Sequence record: NC_052661.1
Source: Escherichia phage ukendt
Length of the DNA stretch: 64,000 nt
Direction: 5' to 3' (one strand)
Shown: in pieces, positions 25,661-36,547 of the stretch
Layout: each line of letters begins with the position of its first letter
Position numbering within the stretch: the first letter of the stretch is position 1
Program-made: the position numbers and the translations under genes
The notes under the pieces: generated by a model
Told to the model about the DNA's origin: nothing
Seen by the model: the letters and a program-made list of their open reading frames with translations, nothing else
Database searches by the model: none

Positions 25661-26671
25661 ATGGCAGAAAGAGAGTATACAAAAGCTCCTGCCCCTAATT
25701 TAAACAGGGCATACAAATTATTAATTGGTTCTGCCACAAACACAATACAGAAGAGAACTAAGAACTCGGCATTTAAATCTACAGTAGATTTGGATACCAA
25801 GTTAGGAACAACAGAAAAATCCTCTTCTAATTTGTATTTGTTGCAAGACCATCAAATAACCTTCAGTATTAAGAAAGATAATAACAAAGATCCTAACCAA
25901 GCAGAGATTGTAGTTTATAACCTTTCGGATGATACTGTTAACTATATAAACCGTGGTATCCGAAATAACTTGGCTGTTGCTTTAGCGGTAGGATACGAAG
26001 GTGAAGAGTTGGTTATGGTCTTCAAAGGAACTATCCAGTGGGTTAGTGATACTTTTGACTCGGTAGACAGGAAAACCACTTTACACTGTTTGGATGGCGG
26101 TATTAACATTGCAGAAGCAAGAACAAGCCGCAGTTATCCAAAAGGAACTAAAATCAAACGTGTTGTGACAGATTTGGTAAAGGATTTAGGAACTACAGAA
26201 GGTAATATACACGTAGATAATGATCAAACCTTATCCTCAGCAACAGCTATGTGTGGAAACACTTCACATTACCTAGAACATATTTGTAAAAGTATTGATC
26301 ACAATGTGTCAATACAAGATGGATCTGTTTATGTCACTCCTCGTTCACAAATGTCTAGTGCACGTAGCGCCTACATTAGCCCTGAAACTGGTCTGATAGG
26401 AAGTCCAGAACCATTCCACAACGATATAAAACCTACTAAAAAAGTTACCAAGTCATCTAAGAAGGCAAAGAAACCTACAGATGGTGTTAAATTCAAATGC
26501 CAAATGAATGGTGCAATATTACCAGAAAAAACAATCTGGTTAAAAAGCCGAGATTATGATGGTCCATTTAAAGTTGTTTCTGTTTCTCACAATGGTGATA
26601 AAGAGGGTAAAGAGTGGGTTACTGAGGTGGAGTGTGTATCCGTGTCTGAAATAATGACTAAGGAGAAATAA
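25661..26671 (+). CDS. baseplate hub-like protein (tentative)
   Basis: 336-aa ORF between tape measure and spike-like gene; position-based call. Confidence 0.35.
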   Translation: MAEREYTKAPAPNLNRAYKLLIGSATNTIQKRTKNSAFKSTVDLDTKLGTTEKSSSNLYLLQDHQITFSIKKDNNKDPNQAEIVVYNLSDDTVNYINRGIRNNLAVALAVGYEGEELVMVFKGTIQWVSDTFDSVDRKTTLHCLDGGINIAEARTSRSYPKGTKIKRVVTDLVKDLGTTEGNIHVDNDQTLSSATAMCGNTSHYLEHICKSIDHNVSIQDGSVYVTPRSQMSSARSAYISPETGLIGSPEPFHNDIKPTKKVTKSSKKAKKPTDGVKFKCQMNGAILPEKTIWLKSRDYDGPFKVVSVSHNGDKEGKEWVTEVECVSVSEIMTKEK

Positions 26672-27405
26672 TGGATGCATTGAATTTTGTCACAGCAATG
26701 CGTGGCTTAATGACAGAACAATTAGCAGAAGTCCATACAGCCTTGCCAGTCCGTGTGACTGGCGTTAATTATGGTGCTAAAACTGTCACTTTAGAATCTA
26801 TTGTTAAAAACACACGATCTAGTGAAGATGAAATAGATTATCCTACTTTTGAAGATGTTCCTTTTATGGTTAATGGTGGGGGGACAGGAAGAATCTCATT
26901 CCCTATTAAAGCTGGTGATTTAGGAACTGTTATATTTTCTGAAAGAGATCCTTCTAATGCACTGCAAACTAGTGGAGAAACCTCTTCATCATCCACTTTT
27001 ATGCAGCCTTGTGGATTATACCCTATTTGTTTTATTCCCAAAATAGCTACAGGAACAGATTCAACAGAAGCTGTAGATTCTGAAAAGGTAGTTATTTCTA
27101 ATAACAAAAACACGTACGCTTCTTTCGACCCTACAGGTAATATTTCAATATGGAATAGTCAAGGGATGAAAATAGATATTACTACCTCTGGTATTACTAT
27201 TACAGATGGCACAGGGACTTTGGATCTAAAAGGTGGTAATTTAACTTTCAAAGGCGGCGTAGCAGATATTAATGGTCTTAAAATAGATCAGAACGGTTTG
27301 ATGACAGATGGTAATGGCATCGGATTCCATACTCACACACACACGGTTCGTAACATTCAGAGCGGTAGCTCAAGTGCCGAGTCCTTAAAACCAACAGGAG
27401 CCTAA
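26671..27405 (+). CDS. baseplate central spike protein (tentative)
   Basis: 244 aa; Gly/Thr-rich repetitive C-terminal half ending in a HTHTH histidine cluster. Confidence 0.45.
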   Translation: MDALNFVTAMRGLMTEQLAEVHTALPVRVTGVNYGAKTVTLESIVKNTRSSEDEIDYPTFEDVPFMVNGGGTGRISFPIKAGDLGTVIFSERDPSNALQTSGETSSSSTFMQPCGLYPICFIPKIATGTDSTEAVDSEKVVISNNKNTYASFDPTGNISIWNSQGMKIDITTSGITITDGTGTLDLKGGNLTFKGGVADINGLKIDQNGLMTDGNGIGFHTHTHTVRNIQSGSSSAESLKPTGA

Positions 27406-27406
27406 C

Positions 27407-28033
27407 ATGGGAATCCCTTTTGACTTAAAGCTTGGACCAAACAACGACCTCATCATGGACGATGGGGATTTGGTCCTCACCACAACCAGAACAGAAATTG
27501 CAGCACAAACTCTTGGGATAACTCTGAACACGTATCGTGGAGAGTGGTTTTTAAATACTAACTTCGGTGTTCCTTACTTACAAGAGATTATTGGTGTTGC
27601 TAGAAAGAAAGATATTGTAGACAGAATATTTTTAGCGGAGATTGCCAAAAACGTTTACATAGATACAATAAACAGTTATAAATCTGCTTATGACATGGAT
27701 CAACGTTATTACTCAATGACAGTTATGGTGACAGTTGGAGCAGATACAGTAACATCCGTATTCAATACTCAACCTTCTGAAGAGTTTATTTACCCTGAAG
27801 CTGGTGAAGACAATGCAGCGATCATTTGTGAAGCTTACAGTATTGTTGAGAATTCGAATAGACTTTATCGCTTTATCAACTTTGTTGGTTTGCCACGTGA
27901 TACCTACTCTACTTGGTGGAATGAATGGTCTACAGAGTCAGCAGGGGAAAGAATCATGGTTAACGAAAAAGGTGATGCATTAGCTACAAACAATAATTTC
28001 GGTATAACAGCTATGACAGGAGTAGAAGAATAA
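27407..28033 (+). CDS. hypothetical baseplate protein
   Basis: 208-aa ORF, 1-nt spacing from the spike-like gene. Confidence 0.3.
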   Translation: MGIPFDLKLGPNNDLIMDDGDLVLTTTRTEIAAQTLGITLNTYRGEWFLNTNFGVPYLQEIIGVARKKDIVDRIFLAEIAKNVYIDTINSYKSAYDMDQRYYSMTVMVTVGADTVTSVFNTQPSEEFIYPEAGEDNAAIICEAYSIVENSNRLYRFINFVGLPRDTYSTWWNEWSTESAGERIMVNEKGDALATNNNFGITAMTGVEE

Positions 28034-28506
28034 TGGCAGATTTAACTACGATCAAAGTTTCTGATCTTACACAAACAACCTCTGTATCTGATACAGATTT
28101 CTTTGTAACAGATCAGGCTGGAATAACAAAGAAGACTTCTTTGAAAGTGCTGTTGAGTGGTGCAGGGGTAACTAGAAACCGTTTAAATGCACGGGGAACA
28201 GTAACTAGCACCTTGGCATTAGATATTAGTTCAGCAGAATATTTTTCGGCAACCTTATCTTCTGCAACGTGCACAATTAGTTTTACTAATATTCCAGTAG
28301 CAACGAATGCAGTTTTAAACTTTACTTTATCTTTGCGTCAAGGAAGTGGCGCAAATAAAGTCGTATGGCCTTCTTCTGTAAAATGGAGTTTTGGTCGTTC
28401 CCCAGTTTTGAGTTATCGTCAAGGTGCAACAGACACTTTTGAATTTATCAGTTATGATAATGGTGCAACTTGGACAGGTAGCTTAGTTTTAGCAGGAGTT
28501 ATTTAA
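28033..28506 (+). CDS. hypothetical baseplate/tail protein
   Basis: 157-aa Ser/Thr-rich ORF; start overlaps upstream stop. Confidence 0.3.
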   Translation: MADLTTIKVSDLTQTTSVSDTDFFVTDQAGITKKTSLKVLLSGAGVTRNRLNARGTVTSTLALDISSAEYFSATLSSATCTISFTNIPVATNAVLNFTLSLRQGSGANKVVWPSSVKWSFGRSPVLSYRQGATDTFEFISYDNGATWTGSLVLAGVI

Positions 28507-31382
28507 TGTCAAGAGTTAAGCACAATATTGACAACACGTTTCAGTTGATTGAAGGGTTGGTTCAGTTTTTGGAAAGAAATACTGGGCTTACCATAGATCC
28601 TACGGTTCAGCATTACATTATCAACCCACAAAACGTATTGGCGAACAACAGACACTTTATTAACTGGACAGCGCAGGAAGGGCAACCAAACGGTGACGCT
28701 ACTACCGAAGGTCAATCTGTGCTTATCACTGGTTTTGCTTATGCATATTTGGCTACAGGGGATAAAAAATATCTTGAATCTGCCGAGAAGTATTGGCAAG
28801 CCTATATAGATCACTTCTTCGGGGGCCAACCTATTCCTGATCCTCCGGCTAAGTATCGTCCCAACTGGATCATCAATGGTAAAGAACCACGTTTAGCACA
28901 TTACCCTCTCACAGATGATGGGTATCCTACGCACGGTGGGTTCAAAGGTAGCATGATGACTTGGATTAACGGAAGGACTGTTATTCCTAAAGGTGCACCG
29001 CATTGGGGGGAATACTTAGATAAAGCTTGGTTTGCTTTCAATGGCAATCTTGGTTGGAACTCCGTTAACGCAACAGTTTATGCAACTAATCCAGATGGTT
29101 CAACCAACTGGAAAGAATATGGAGATCAGTGGGACGTTGAATGGATTATAGATCGTCTAGGACGTAAAGTTGATTGGGATGGTAACATTTTATCTACAGG
29201 TCACAGCTTCGCAGAATATGGAACAGTGCAACTTAAAAATGCTTCTGTGAACGGTGATTATAAATTCAACTACGCTACATGCAACCCTGTAGAACACGGT
29301 GGATATCTGCTTAAGCGTAATGAGATGTGGCATAACCGTCCTGTAAACGTTCCGGTAGAGTTAGGTTATCAAGATAATGCTTCCGATGCTGAAACGTGGT
29401 GGTGTGATGCAAACTACTTGATGTATCAGATCACAGGAGAGAGAAAATACTGGCTTTGCTGGCAATCTTCTTTATTGTTGTGTCAAGACTACTCAAACAT
29501 CGATATGTTTGATAAATTCTTCCGTAGATCTACGACAGCAATAATTCCTTTTACAGATGGTATCTCTTATGATTACTCATACCCATCTACAGCAATACCT
29601 AAATATTCTCGTGACGAATTAGGATACACAGTAATTCGCCAAGATGTTGCAGCACAAACAACTCTAGAACAACAGGCAGTTTGGTTCAGAGTGGATCAGA
29701 ATTCAAAACTGCGTATTGAGTTTCAAGGTGTAGATGATGCAGGGGAAGGTGTTCTTTTCCGTCCAGAGTTAGAATTAAGCAAGACTAAGAGTGAAACAGA
29801 CACAGTGACATATCGTTGTGGCTTACCTCTTGGTGCAGCTAATATGACTAAGATGGATATACCTTTATCTAGTTTTATGCGCACTGAACCTCCTGGAGGT
29901 GGTGTATATATTATTGCTGAACCTAGAATAATTGTTGACTGGGGAAGCAATACTGTGGTACAATATAAATATGCAACTGGTATTGCTGGGACAAATAGTG
30001 ATCAGATAGTTTCTGCTAATATGGATTCAGATGGTGGTTTTACTATTGGATTTTGGTTAACACCAACTAAAACAGCTAATTTAAAATCTATTACGTATCG
30101 TTCATATGCAGATGATTTTAACATCACTATTACGGATTCCGCAGGTTGGAGATGGTGGGCCATGTTAGAAAAAACAAATTCTGCATGGGTTACTAAAGCT
30201 TTAAGTCCTGCTGATTTCAAATTAAGCACTTGGCAACCTAATCACAATGACACAGAGACAAAACCTTCGTCAATAAACCTGACTACTGTTGATCAGATCA
30301 ACATTGCATTGGATTCTGAACCTGCAAATGGCTTGACAGGGGCAATCGACTTTTATTGCGTTAACGATATCCCATCTTTGTATTCTTCAGCCGCTGGCGA
30401 TGATTACACAATGTATTTCAGGGTTACAGTTTCATCTGAAAATCCTTATACAGCAAAACTTGGAGATTGTACAATACTGGACTACAAACTTGACAGTTTG
30501 AATTATACTCCAGGAATCATTCCATTTTCCAATATTAGTGATCCTAACACAGCATTATATGACGGTTGGCGTGGTATTCCTTACCCAGGTTATCAATACC
30601 CATCCTTATATTGTTTTAAAGGGAGAGATATTGACTGGGTTCGTATGAACAACAGTATAGACTTTTTATATGATTCCCAAATGTGGTTTTATAATAAGTT
30701 TGCCCCTGTGATGCCTGGGCCAATGGCACAAGCTTATGTTTGGGATCGTTGGGATGCTCATAAATACGGAAACAAGAATGAGTTCACAATGTATCATTGG
30801 AACGATAAAGCTTGGGATGGTTATGAAGCACGAGCATTCTTCTGTGCGTGTCATACAGTATACGAACTGAAGCAACGAGGAGCAGAAGTTCCTGAAAAAC
30901 TTTTAACAGTTTGTAAAAACTGGATCAATTATCTGAAGTGGTTCCAAGATAACAACGAAGGAAGAACACCAACAATATTTTATCCCAACGGAGAAGTGGC
31001 TGCGCCTGTAGATGACTTTACAAGTCACATGTCTGCGCTCTTTATGGCGGGATGTGCTATAATGGGGATGGCTGGATATGATTCAGAAATTCCTAACATT
31101 AAAATAGTAGCAGATCGCTGTTTTGAACTTATTCAGGAAAATTATATTGTTCTTGGTCCTAATCACGTTATGAATGGTTGTTGGAGTGCTGCTCCTAGAC
31201 CAGACAGTGATAACGGAGTCTTCTTTGGCTTCCACGCCGGAGAGTTGTTACGTGGTTTTGGGTTGTATGCCTTATACAAAAAACTTAATCCCCAAAATGC
31301 ATTACCTGTTTTGGATTCGAGCAATATTCCTGCACTTACTGTTTTGACAATGGCAAACATTAGTGTGGACGTTACCGAGTAA
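28506..31382 (+). CDS. large tail-associated protein with helical, Trp/Tyr-rich enzyme-like domains (candidate polysaccharide depolymerase)
   Basis: 958 aa; Trp/Tyr-rich segments (e.g. FAYAYLATGDKKYLESAEKYW, WDGYEARAFFCACHTVYEL) resembling alpha/alpha-barrel glycosidases or lyases; in the fibre/spike block. Confidence 0.4.
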   Translation: MSRVKHNIDNTFQLIEGLVQFLERNTGLTIDPTVQHYIINPQNVLANNRHFINWTAQEGQPNGDATTEGQSVLITGFAYAYLATGDKKYLESAEKYWQAYIDHFFGGQPIPDPPAKYRPNWIINGKEPRLAHYPLTDDGYPTHGGFKGSMMTWINGRTVIPKGAPHWGEYLDKAWFAFNGNLGWNSVNATVYATNPDGSTNWKEYGDQWDVEWIIDRLGRKVDWDGNILSTGHSFAEYGTVQLKNASVNGDYKFNYATCNPVEHGGYLLKRNEMWHNRPVNVPVELGYQDNASDAETWWCDANYLMYQITGERKYWLCWQSSLLLCQDYSNIDMFDKFFRRSTTAIIPFTDGISYDYSYPSTAIPKYSRDELGYTVIRQDVAAQTTLEQQAVWFRVDQNSKLRIEFQGVDDAGEGVLFRPELELSKTKSETDTVTYRCGLPLGAANMTKMDIPLSSFMRTEPPGGGVYIIAEPRIIVDWGSNTVVQYKYATGIAGTNSDQIVSANMDSDGGFTIGFWLTPTKTANLKSITYRSYADDFNITITDSAGWRWWAMLEKTNSAWVTKALSPADFKLSTWQPNHNDTETKPSSINLTTVDQINIALDSEPANGLTGAIDFYCVNDIPSLYSSAAGDDYTMYFRVTVSSENPYTAKLGDCTILDYKLDSLNYTPGIIPFSNISDPNTALYDGWRGIPYPGYQYPSLYCFKGRDIDWVRMNNSIDFLYDSQMWFYNKFAPVMPGPMAQAYVWDRWDAHKYGNKNEFTMYHWNDKAWDGYEARAFFCACHTVYELKQRGAEVPEKLLTVCKNWINYLKWFQDNNEGRTPTIFYPNGEVAAPVDDFTSHMSALFMAGCAIMGMAGYDSEIPNIKIVADRCFELIQENYIVLGPNHVMNGCWSAAPRPDSDNGVFFGFHAGELLRGFGLYALYKKLNPQNALPVLDSSNIPALTVLTMANISVDVTE

Positions 31383-31390
31383 GGGGTAAA

Positions 31391-33544
31391 ATGAAACAAG
31401 CTATATTTACTGTCACGCGAGACAAGAGAGTAAATGCGAGTTCATTTAACTACACGACTGTTGACGGAACAGCAGTCGCTGGTAGAGATTATATTGCAAA
31501 ATCGGGAACACTTGTGTTCCCTGATGATGCTGATTCTGCTACCATTGTGGTTGAAGTATTTGAACGACCAAAGAACTCAATAGATCTTAACTTCTCCCTC
31601 CAAGTTTCAGGGATTAGTCAAAATAATATGATGGTTGAAACAATCATCAATTGTATTATAACTACTATCCAAGAAAATACCACTCCAATAACTTGGACTA
31701 CAAAAGACGTTAAAATGTTCTCTCCTATGTATTGGACAATAGATTCTCAAGCAACGGAAAGTTGTTCTATTGTATCTCATGGAGACTCTTTTACTGCAAG
31801 ATTTGTAAACAGAACAACAGCAGGTTTGGCAGGGGTTATCTGGAGCACAGTTGACAAATATGACCATAAAGGTGTTGGGTATTTACCCCACACAGATTTA
31901 AGTTCAGAGAAACTTTGGTTTAAAATGGAAATTAGTCAAAACATGCCAGGTTTTAAAGAAGAACCTTTGGTGCCGACTTTGACTGTAACTCTCCTGGATA
32001 AAAGTGTTCATTATGTCAGTTTAGGATTCTACGCTTCAGATATTTCAGAAGATGGTAAAACAGCTACAATCAAGTTAGATTTTGGTAATATCTTTTCTGG
32101 CCCTAATAATGATATTCCTTTGGATATGAGTGCTGTAGATAATATTTTCTTCTCTTTGATTACAGCAAGGTATGAAGAAATAGAAGAGATTGTACCTATT
32201 GCCAGTCTAGAGGCTTGGTTTACTTTCACTCTTCTTGAACCTACTTCTGGTTACAGTATGATGAAAGTCAGCAACCTTGTCCAGCCTGAACATGATATTC
32301 GCATGTGCACATCTTATGATGATATGTATAACCTGACTCCAGAGAGAGTTATTTATAATACATATGCACTAGGTTATCGTGGAATGATTAACCATTATAA
32401 CGGAATGTCTCACTATTATGAGTTCTCATGGAACGGAACATCTTGGGCTTTAAATAGATCTGTTTTCCTGAATCCGGCTACAGAAGCTTGGCTTAACAGT
32501 TTCCATTCTATAGCTAATGAAAATGGCTACACAATAATGAACTCTTTGAGTTTTGAGTTGATGAGCACAGTTTGTCCTGTTGAATGGGTCCAGCATGATT
32601 GGAACGATGCTCTTGCAGCAACAGGGTATAAGCCTCCTAGTTACGTGTTGTCTCCAACTATTGACGAAGGCATGGAATATTTGCAAAATGTTATTAACAA
32701 AATAGCATCTATTTCTCAAGCTAATAACATTCCAGTCGTCATTCAAATTGGTGAACCTTGGTGGTGGTATAATACAGCAAGTAAAATGCCTTGTATATAT
32801 GATTACACTACCAAACTGGCATTCAATACAGAAACAGGCTTATTTGCACAAGATGCAGGAACAATAGATAATTATAAAACAGGAACGCCATTTGACGAAT
32901 ACTATGCATTTCTGTCTCGTAAACTAGGGTTAAGAGTTACAAAGTTTGCAACAGACACCAGAGCAACTTATCCTGGAGCTAAAGTAACATTGCTTCCGTT
33001 CTTACCATCAATTATCGGCAACGGTTTGATGGAGAAAGTTAACTTTCCGTCTGATTACTACATTCCTGAAGCTTTTGATTTTTATTGTTCAGAATGTTAC
33101 GACTGGCTTCTGGAAGGTAAAATGATGAAAGCATTCGATGCAATTACCATACCACATGAAAAATTAGGTTTTGAATATTCTGATATTCACTATCTTTCGG
33201 GTTTTGTTCCAGATGCTACTCTTGCACCTTTGTATGGCTTCGATCCTGAATCAAACTACCGCACGTATCTTTGGAAAATGATTATAGGTAATATAGTGTT
33301 GAACGCCAATAAGTTTGACGGACTTACACAATATATATGGGCCTATCCTCAAATAATGCATGATTCTATCACGGTAGTTAATTCTCAATCCCAAGTTTTC
33401 TATATGGGTAACGTGCCTTTGAACGTCTATTTACAGGATATCACTCTTAAACAGGCAAATGTTGAGATTGCCACCATAAGTGGAATTACATTAGCCACTA
33501 AATCTGGAGAAGATTTAGTAACAACACAAAAATTTTATATATAG
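31391..33544 (+). CDS. tail fibre/spike protein
   Basis: 717-aa ORF co-linear with neighbouring spike genes; no catalytic motif recognised. Confidence 0.4.
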   Translation: MKQAIFTVTRDKRVNASSFNYTTVDGTAVAGRDYIAKSGTLVFPDDADSATIVVEVFERPKNSIDLNFSLQVSGISQNNMMVETIINCIITTIQENTTPITWTTKDVKMFSPMYWTIDSQATESCSIVSHGDSFTARFVNRTTAGLAGVIWSTVDKYDHKGVGYLPHTDLSSEKLWFKMEISQNMPGFKEEPLVPTLTVTLLDKSVHYVSLGFYASDISEDGKTATIKLDFGNIFSGPNNDIPLDMSAVDNIFFSLITARYEEIEEIVPIASLEAWFTFTLLEPTSGYSMMKVSNLVQPEHDIRMCTSYDDMYNLTPERVIYNTYALGYRGMINHYNGMSHYYEFSWNGTSWALNRSVFLNPATEAWLNSFHSIANENGYTIMNSLSFELMSTVCPVEWVQHDWNDALAATGYKPPSYVLSPTIDEGMEYLQNVINKIASISQANNIPVVIQIGEPWWWYNTASKMPCIYDYTTKLAFNTETGLFAQDAGTIDNYKTGTPFDEYYAFLSRKLGLRVTKFATDTRATYPGAKVTLLPFLPSIIGNGLMEKVNFPSDYYIPEAFDFYCSECYDWLLEGKMMKAFDAITIPHEKLGFEYSDIHYLSGFVPDATLAPLYGFDPESNYRTYLWKMIIGNIVLNANKFDGLTQYIWAYPQIMHDSITVVNSQSQVFYMGNVPLNVYLQDITLKQANVEIATISGITLATKSGEDLVTTQKFYI

Positions 33545-33552
33545 GAGTAAAA

Positions 33553-35967
33553 ATGTCAACTACAATTACTAATTTACCCGAAACATCAAAAGTTAATGGT
33601 TCAGATTACCTGGTTTTAGATCAACCTGATAAAACTGTTAAAAGCACAGTTTCCAACTTTCTTGCTGACACTGGGGTGGTTTTAGCCACCCAGTTGAAAG
33701 ATACAGATGGAGCAGATTTAATACAATCCTCAAATGGTAATACTGTTCAGGAAGAGTTGAATAACAATCTTCTTAATGATCGTGAACAGTGGCGTCGTAG
33801 TCTTGCTGAAGCAGGGCTAACACTGGTAAGCGGTAGCTTTGAGGAAGGCGCTACAGTAAATAGTAAAACGGATGCTGTTTGGCACATTTCTGTTGGACAG
33901 TGTTATACATGGCATGGCGCTTTCCCTAAAACTGTTCCTGCTGACTCAACCCCTACATCAACCGGTGGTGTTGGTCCTAGTGCGTGGGTTAGTGTTGGTG
34001 ATGCGAGTTTGCGGTCAATAGCTCAATATAGAGCCAATAACATCGAAGCGTTAAAATCATTGCCGCTTGCAGTTGGAGACATTGTTAATATTGCTGGATA
34101 TTATGATGTTTTTGATGGAGCGCAGCATTACCGAGTGATTAGTGATGCAGATGATGGAACAGGAGTTCAGCTCAATAATGGTTTATGGGCAAATATTATC
34201 ATTAATGGCGATGCTTGTGTTGATTGGTTCGGGGCTAAAGGTGACGGTGTAGCTGATGATTGGTGGGCTATCAATAAAGCCATTAATGCTTCAATTTCTA
34301 CCGCTTATCAGGGCGGTTGGTGGGAAACGTCAAGTAGAAACCCTAAATTTAAGGTGCATCTCAGTCGCCGCTCTTATCGTATTACTCGGCAAATACTACT
34401 ACCTCCTTACATAGAGTTTTATGGTATGGGTTCGCGCTGGTATTTTTCTGGTGATAATAATTCTCGCTTAATCCCTGATTTTGATAATCCGTTGCAATTC
34501 GCTGTGAAATCTGCTAGCTATATTGTTGAAACCGGTGAACTAGCACCTGAGGGGTGGTATTCTGGGGTGGTTTGGGTTGACCCAAAAAAACTAACGACTT
34601 GTCATGGTATTAAAACTTATGGATATAGCATCGAACCAACAAAACAAATTTTAGGCGGTATAAGACTGATAGCGAGCCCAATTTCTCATGTATATGATAT
34701 ATTCATAACAAATGTTGATTTTGGAGTTTTACTGAATTGTTCATGGGTGAGTAAGGTTGACGTTAAAACTCATCATAATAAATGTGGGGTTATGTCTAGT
34801 CATGATGGTAATAACACTCACGTGGATGGTTATTTTACAGGGACAGAAATCAAACCGCTTGATGGTAATCCTTACCTCAACCCAATAGAGTCTTTAGACC
34901 CTACAACAGGGCTCCAAGACAAATCTATATCTGACCCAGACAGTAAAATAGGTGTGATTTTTTATTGGTCACAGGGGTCAACAAGTACGAATATGACGTG
35001 TGAGGGTAACACTATTTCGTTGGCTGTGGCTAAGGGTGGTGCTGATGTAAGGTGTTTATACTCAGAACGTAATTCAGATTGTACATTTACTGGGTACAGT
35101 TCACTAGTTACAATTGGTGAAATAACTGGCATTGGTGACGGTGGAACTTTTGAGCTTGGTGTAAATAATACTATTTCGTTAGACAAAGACACTCAGTATG
35201 GTGTCGCTAAACGATTTAAGTACGTGAGCGAGTGGGGTAATAAGATGTTTATGCCCTCTAGCTGGAAAGAATACACCAAAGGTTGTTTAGTTAAAGGATT
35301 TGATTATAGCGAAATTTTTGTAGATGCGATAAATGGAGATGACACTAATGTTGGTTCCAGTCTTTACCCTGTGAAAACTTTGGAGAGAGCTCTAACGCTT
35401 GTGAATTCAGTGTATACTACATCTAACTTGCTAAGCTCAGTGCCGAGGGATAGAGTAATAAAGTTAGTAGGCTCAGCAACATACTATCCAGACGGACAGC
35501 ATAGGTTCATAGGTGGATCGTTGACAATTACAAAAGCTGATAACTCACGACCGATTGTTAATTTATCAAAACCAATCCGAATTAACGACACATCTCTAGT
35601 ATTTGAGGAAGTAAATTTAGTGCGACCAACAGATGACCACGGGAATGGTGAGAATGGCGCAATTTTCCTTGAGGATGGGAGTAATGAAGTCAGATTGAAA
35701 AACTGTGATCTAAGTCTACAAAAATTCAGCTTCTTATATCCTACTTGGGGTTTTGCTGGAATATGTACCTTGGTGTTACACGGGGTTAGTGTTACTGGTG
35801 ATTCAACAACAAGAATGATACAAACAGCTGATGGATATCATGATTTGCACTTGTTTAATGTAATTAGCTACGAGACAACTTACACTGGAGGAATAGAGTC
35901 AAGACTAGATAAAGGCTATGATATACCAGCAGATAGACGTGGTCATATATTGGGTGTATCAATATAA
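33553..35967 (+). CDS. tailspike with pectate-lyase-like beta-helix domain
   Basis: 804 aa; WFGAKGDGVADDWWAINKAINAS (GDG-x-DD signature of pectate-lyase-type beta-helices); shares the FPK..VPA..STP..TGG..AW motif with two other spike genes. Confidence 0.6.
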   Translation: MSTTITNLPETSKVNGSDYLVLDQPDKTVKSTVSNFLADTGVVLATQLKDTDGADLIQSSNGNTVQEELNNNLLNDREQWRRSLAEAGLTLVSGSFEEGATVNSKTDAVWHISVGQCYTWHGAFPKTVPADSTPTSTGGVGPSAWVSVGDASLRSIAQYRANNIEALKSLPLAVGDIVNIAGYYDVFDGAQHYRVISDADDGTGVQLNNGLWANIIINGDACVDWFGAKGDGVADDWWAINKAINASISTAYQGGWWETSSRNPKFKVHLSRRSYRITRQILLPPYIEFYGMGSRWYFSGDNNSRLIPDFDNPLQFAVKSASYIVETGELAPEGWYSGVVWVDPKKLTTCHGIKTYGYSIEPTKQILGGIRLIASPISHVYDIFITNVDFGVLLNCSWVSKVDVKTHHNKCGVMSSHDGNNTHVDGYFTGTEIKPLDGNPYLNPIESLDPTTGLQDKSISDPDSKIGVIFYWSQGSTSTNMTCEGNTISLAVAKGGADVRCLYSERNSDCTFTGYSSLVTIGEITGIGDGGTFELGVNNTISLDKDTQYGVAKRFKYVSEWGNKMFMPSSWKEYTKGCLVKGFDYSEIFVDAINGDDTNVGSSLYPVKTLERALTLVNSVYTTSNLLSSVPRDRVIKLVGSATYYPDGQHRFIGGSLTITKADNSRPIVNLSKPIRINDTSLVFEEVNLVRPTDDHGNGENGAIFLEDGSNEVRLKNCDLSLQKFSFLYPTWGFAGICTLVLHGVSVTGDSTTRMIQTADGYHDLHLFNVISYETTYTGGIESRLDKGYDIPADRRGHILGVSI

Positions 35968-35989
35968 ATAATTGATATTATGCTTCATG

Positions 35990-36022
35990 GTAATTGTGGG
36001 TGAATCACTCACAATTACTTTT
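35990..36022 (+). terminator. long near-perfect inverted repeat after the tailspike gene, followed by TTTT
   Basis: GTAATTGTGGGTGA / TCACTCACAATTAC arms (one mismatch), then TTTTAG. Confidence 0.5.
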
Positions 36023-36547
36023 AGGTACTACAGTTGATAATTCAGATTGATACATTGGATTAGCAGGTGCGTGTACTACTAGCACTTGAATTTTGATACA
36101 TAAATCCGGCACCCTCCCTCACCCTCAACGCGCCCAATTGCCTCCATAGGAGGCTCATTACCTCCTTGTGGGCTTTGTTGTAGGCATGATTGCTGTTCAA
36201 TATTTTAGGCACTAACCAGCCGACATTGTTGATGGAAATATAAACGTAAACAACAATGCATATAACTCAGTTGTTGTGGCACTAAATTCTTACGTAGGTT
36301 ATAGGTTGTTGTAAAACAAAACCCCGACTCGGCGGAGAATTATAAAGGTACTATCATGGACTTCATTACGATTCAAACAAACTATGTCCTGCAAGCGCAT
36401 GTCATCGCCATGTGATAAAATGATGAAAACATATCGTAGCAGGGTTAATCTTGTCTTTAGTTACTATCGTACTAACTCAAAGTGTTGTCACTACCACTGC
36501 AAGCCCCCTCCAAAGAGGGGCTTACTTAGAAAAACAAAGAGGTTTAT

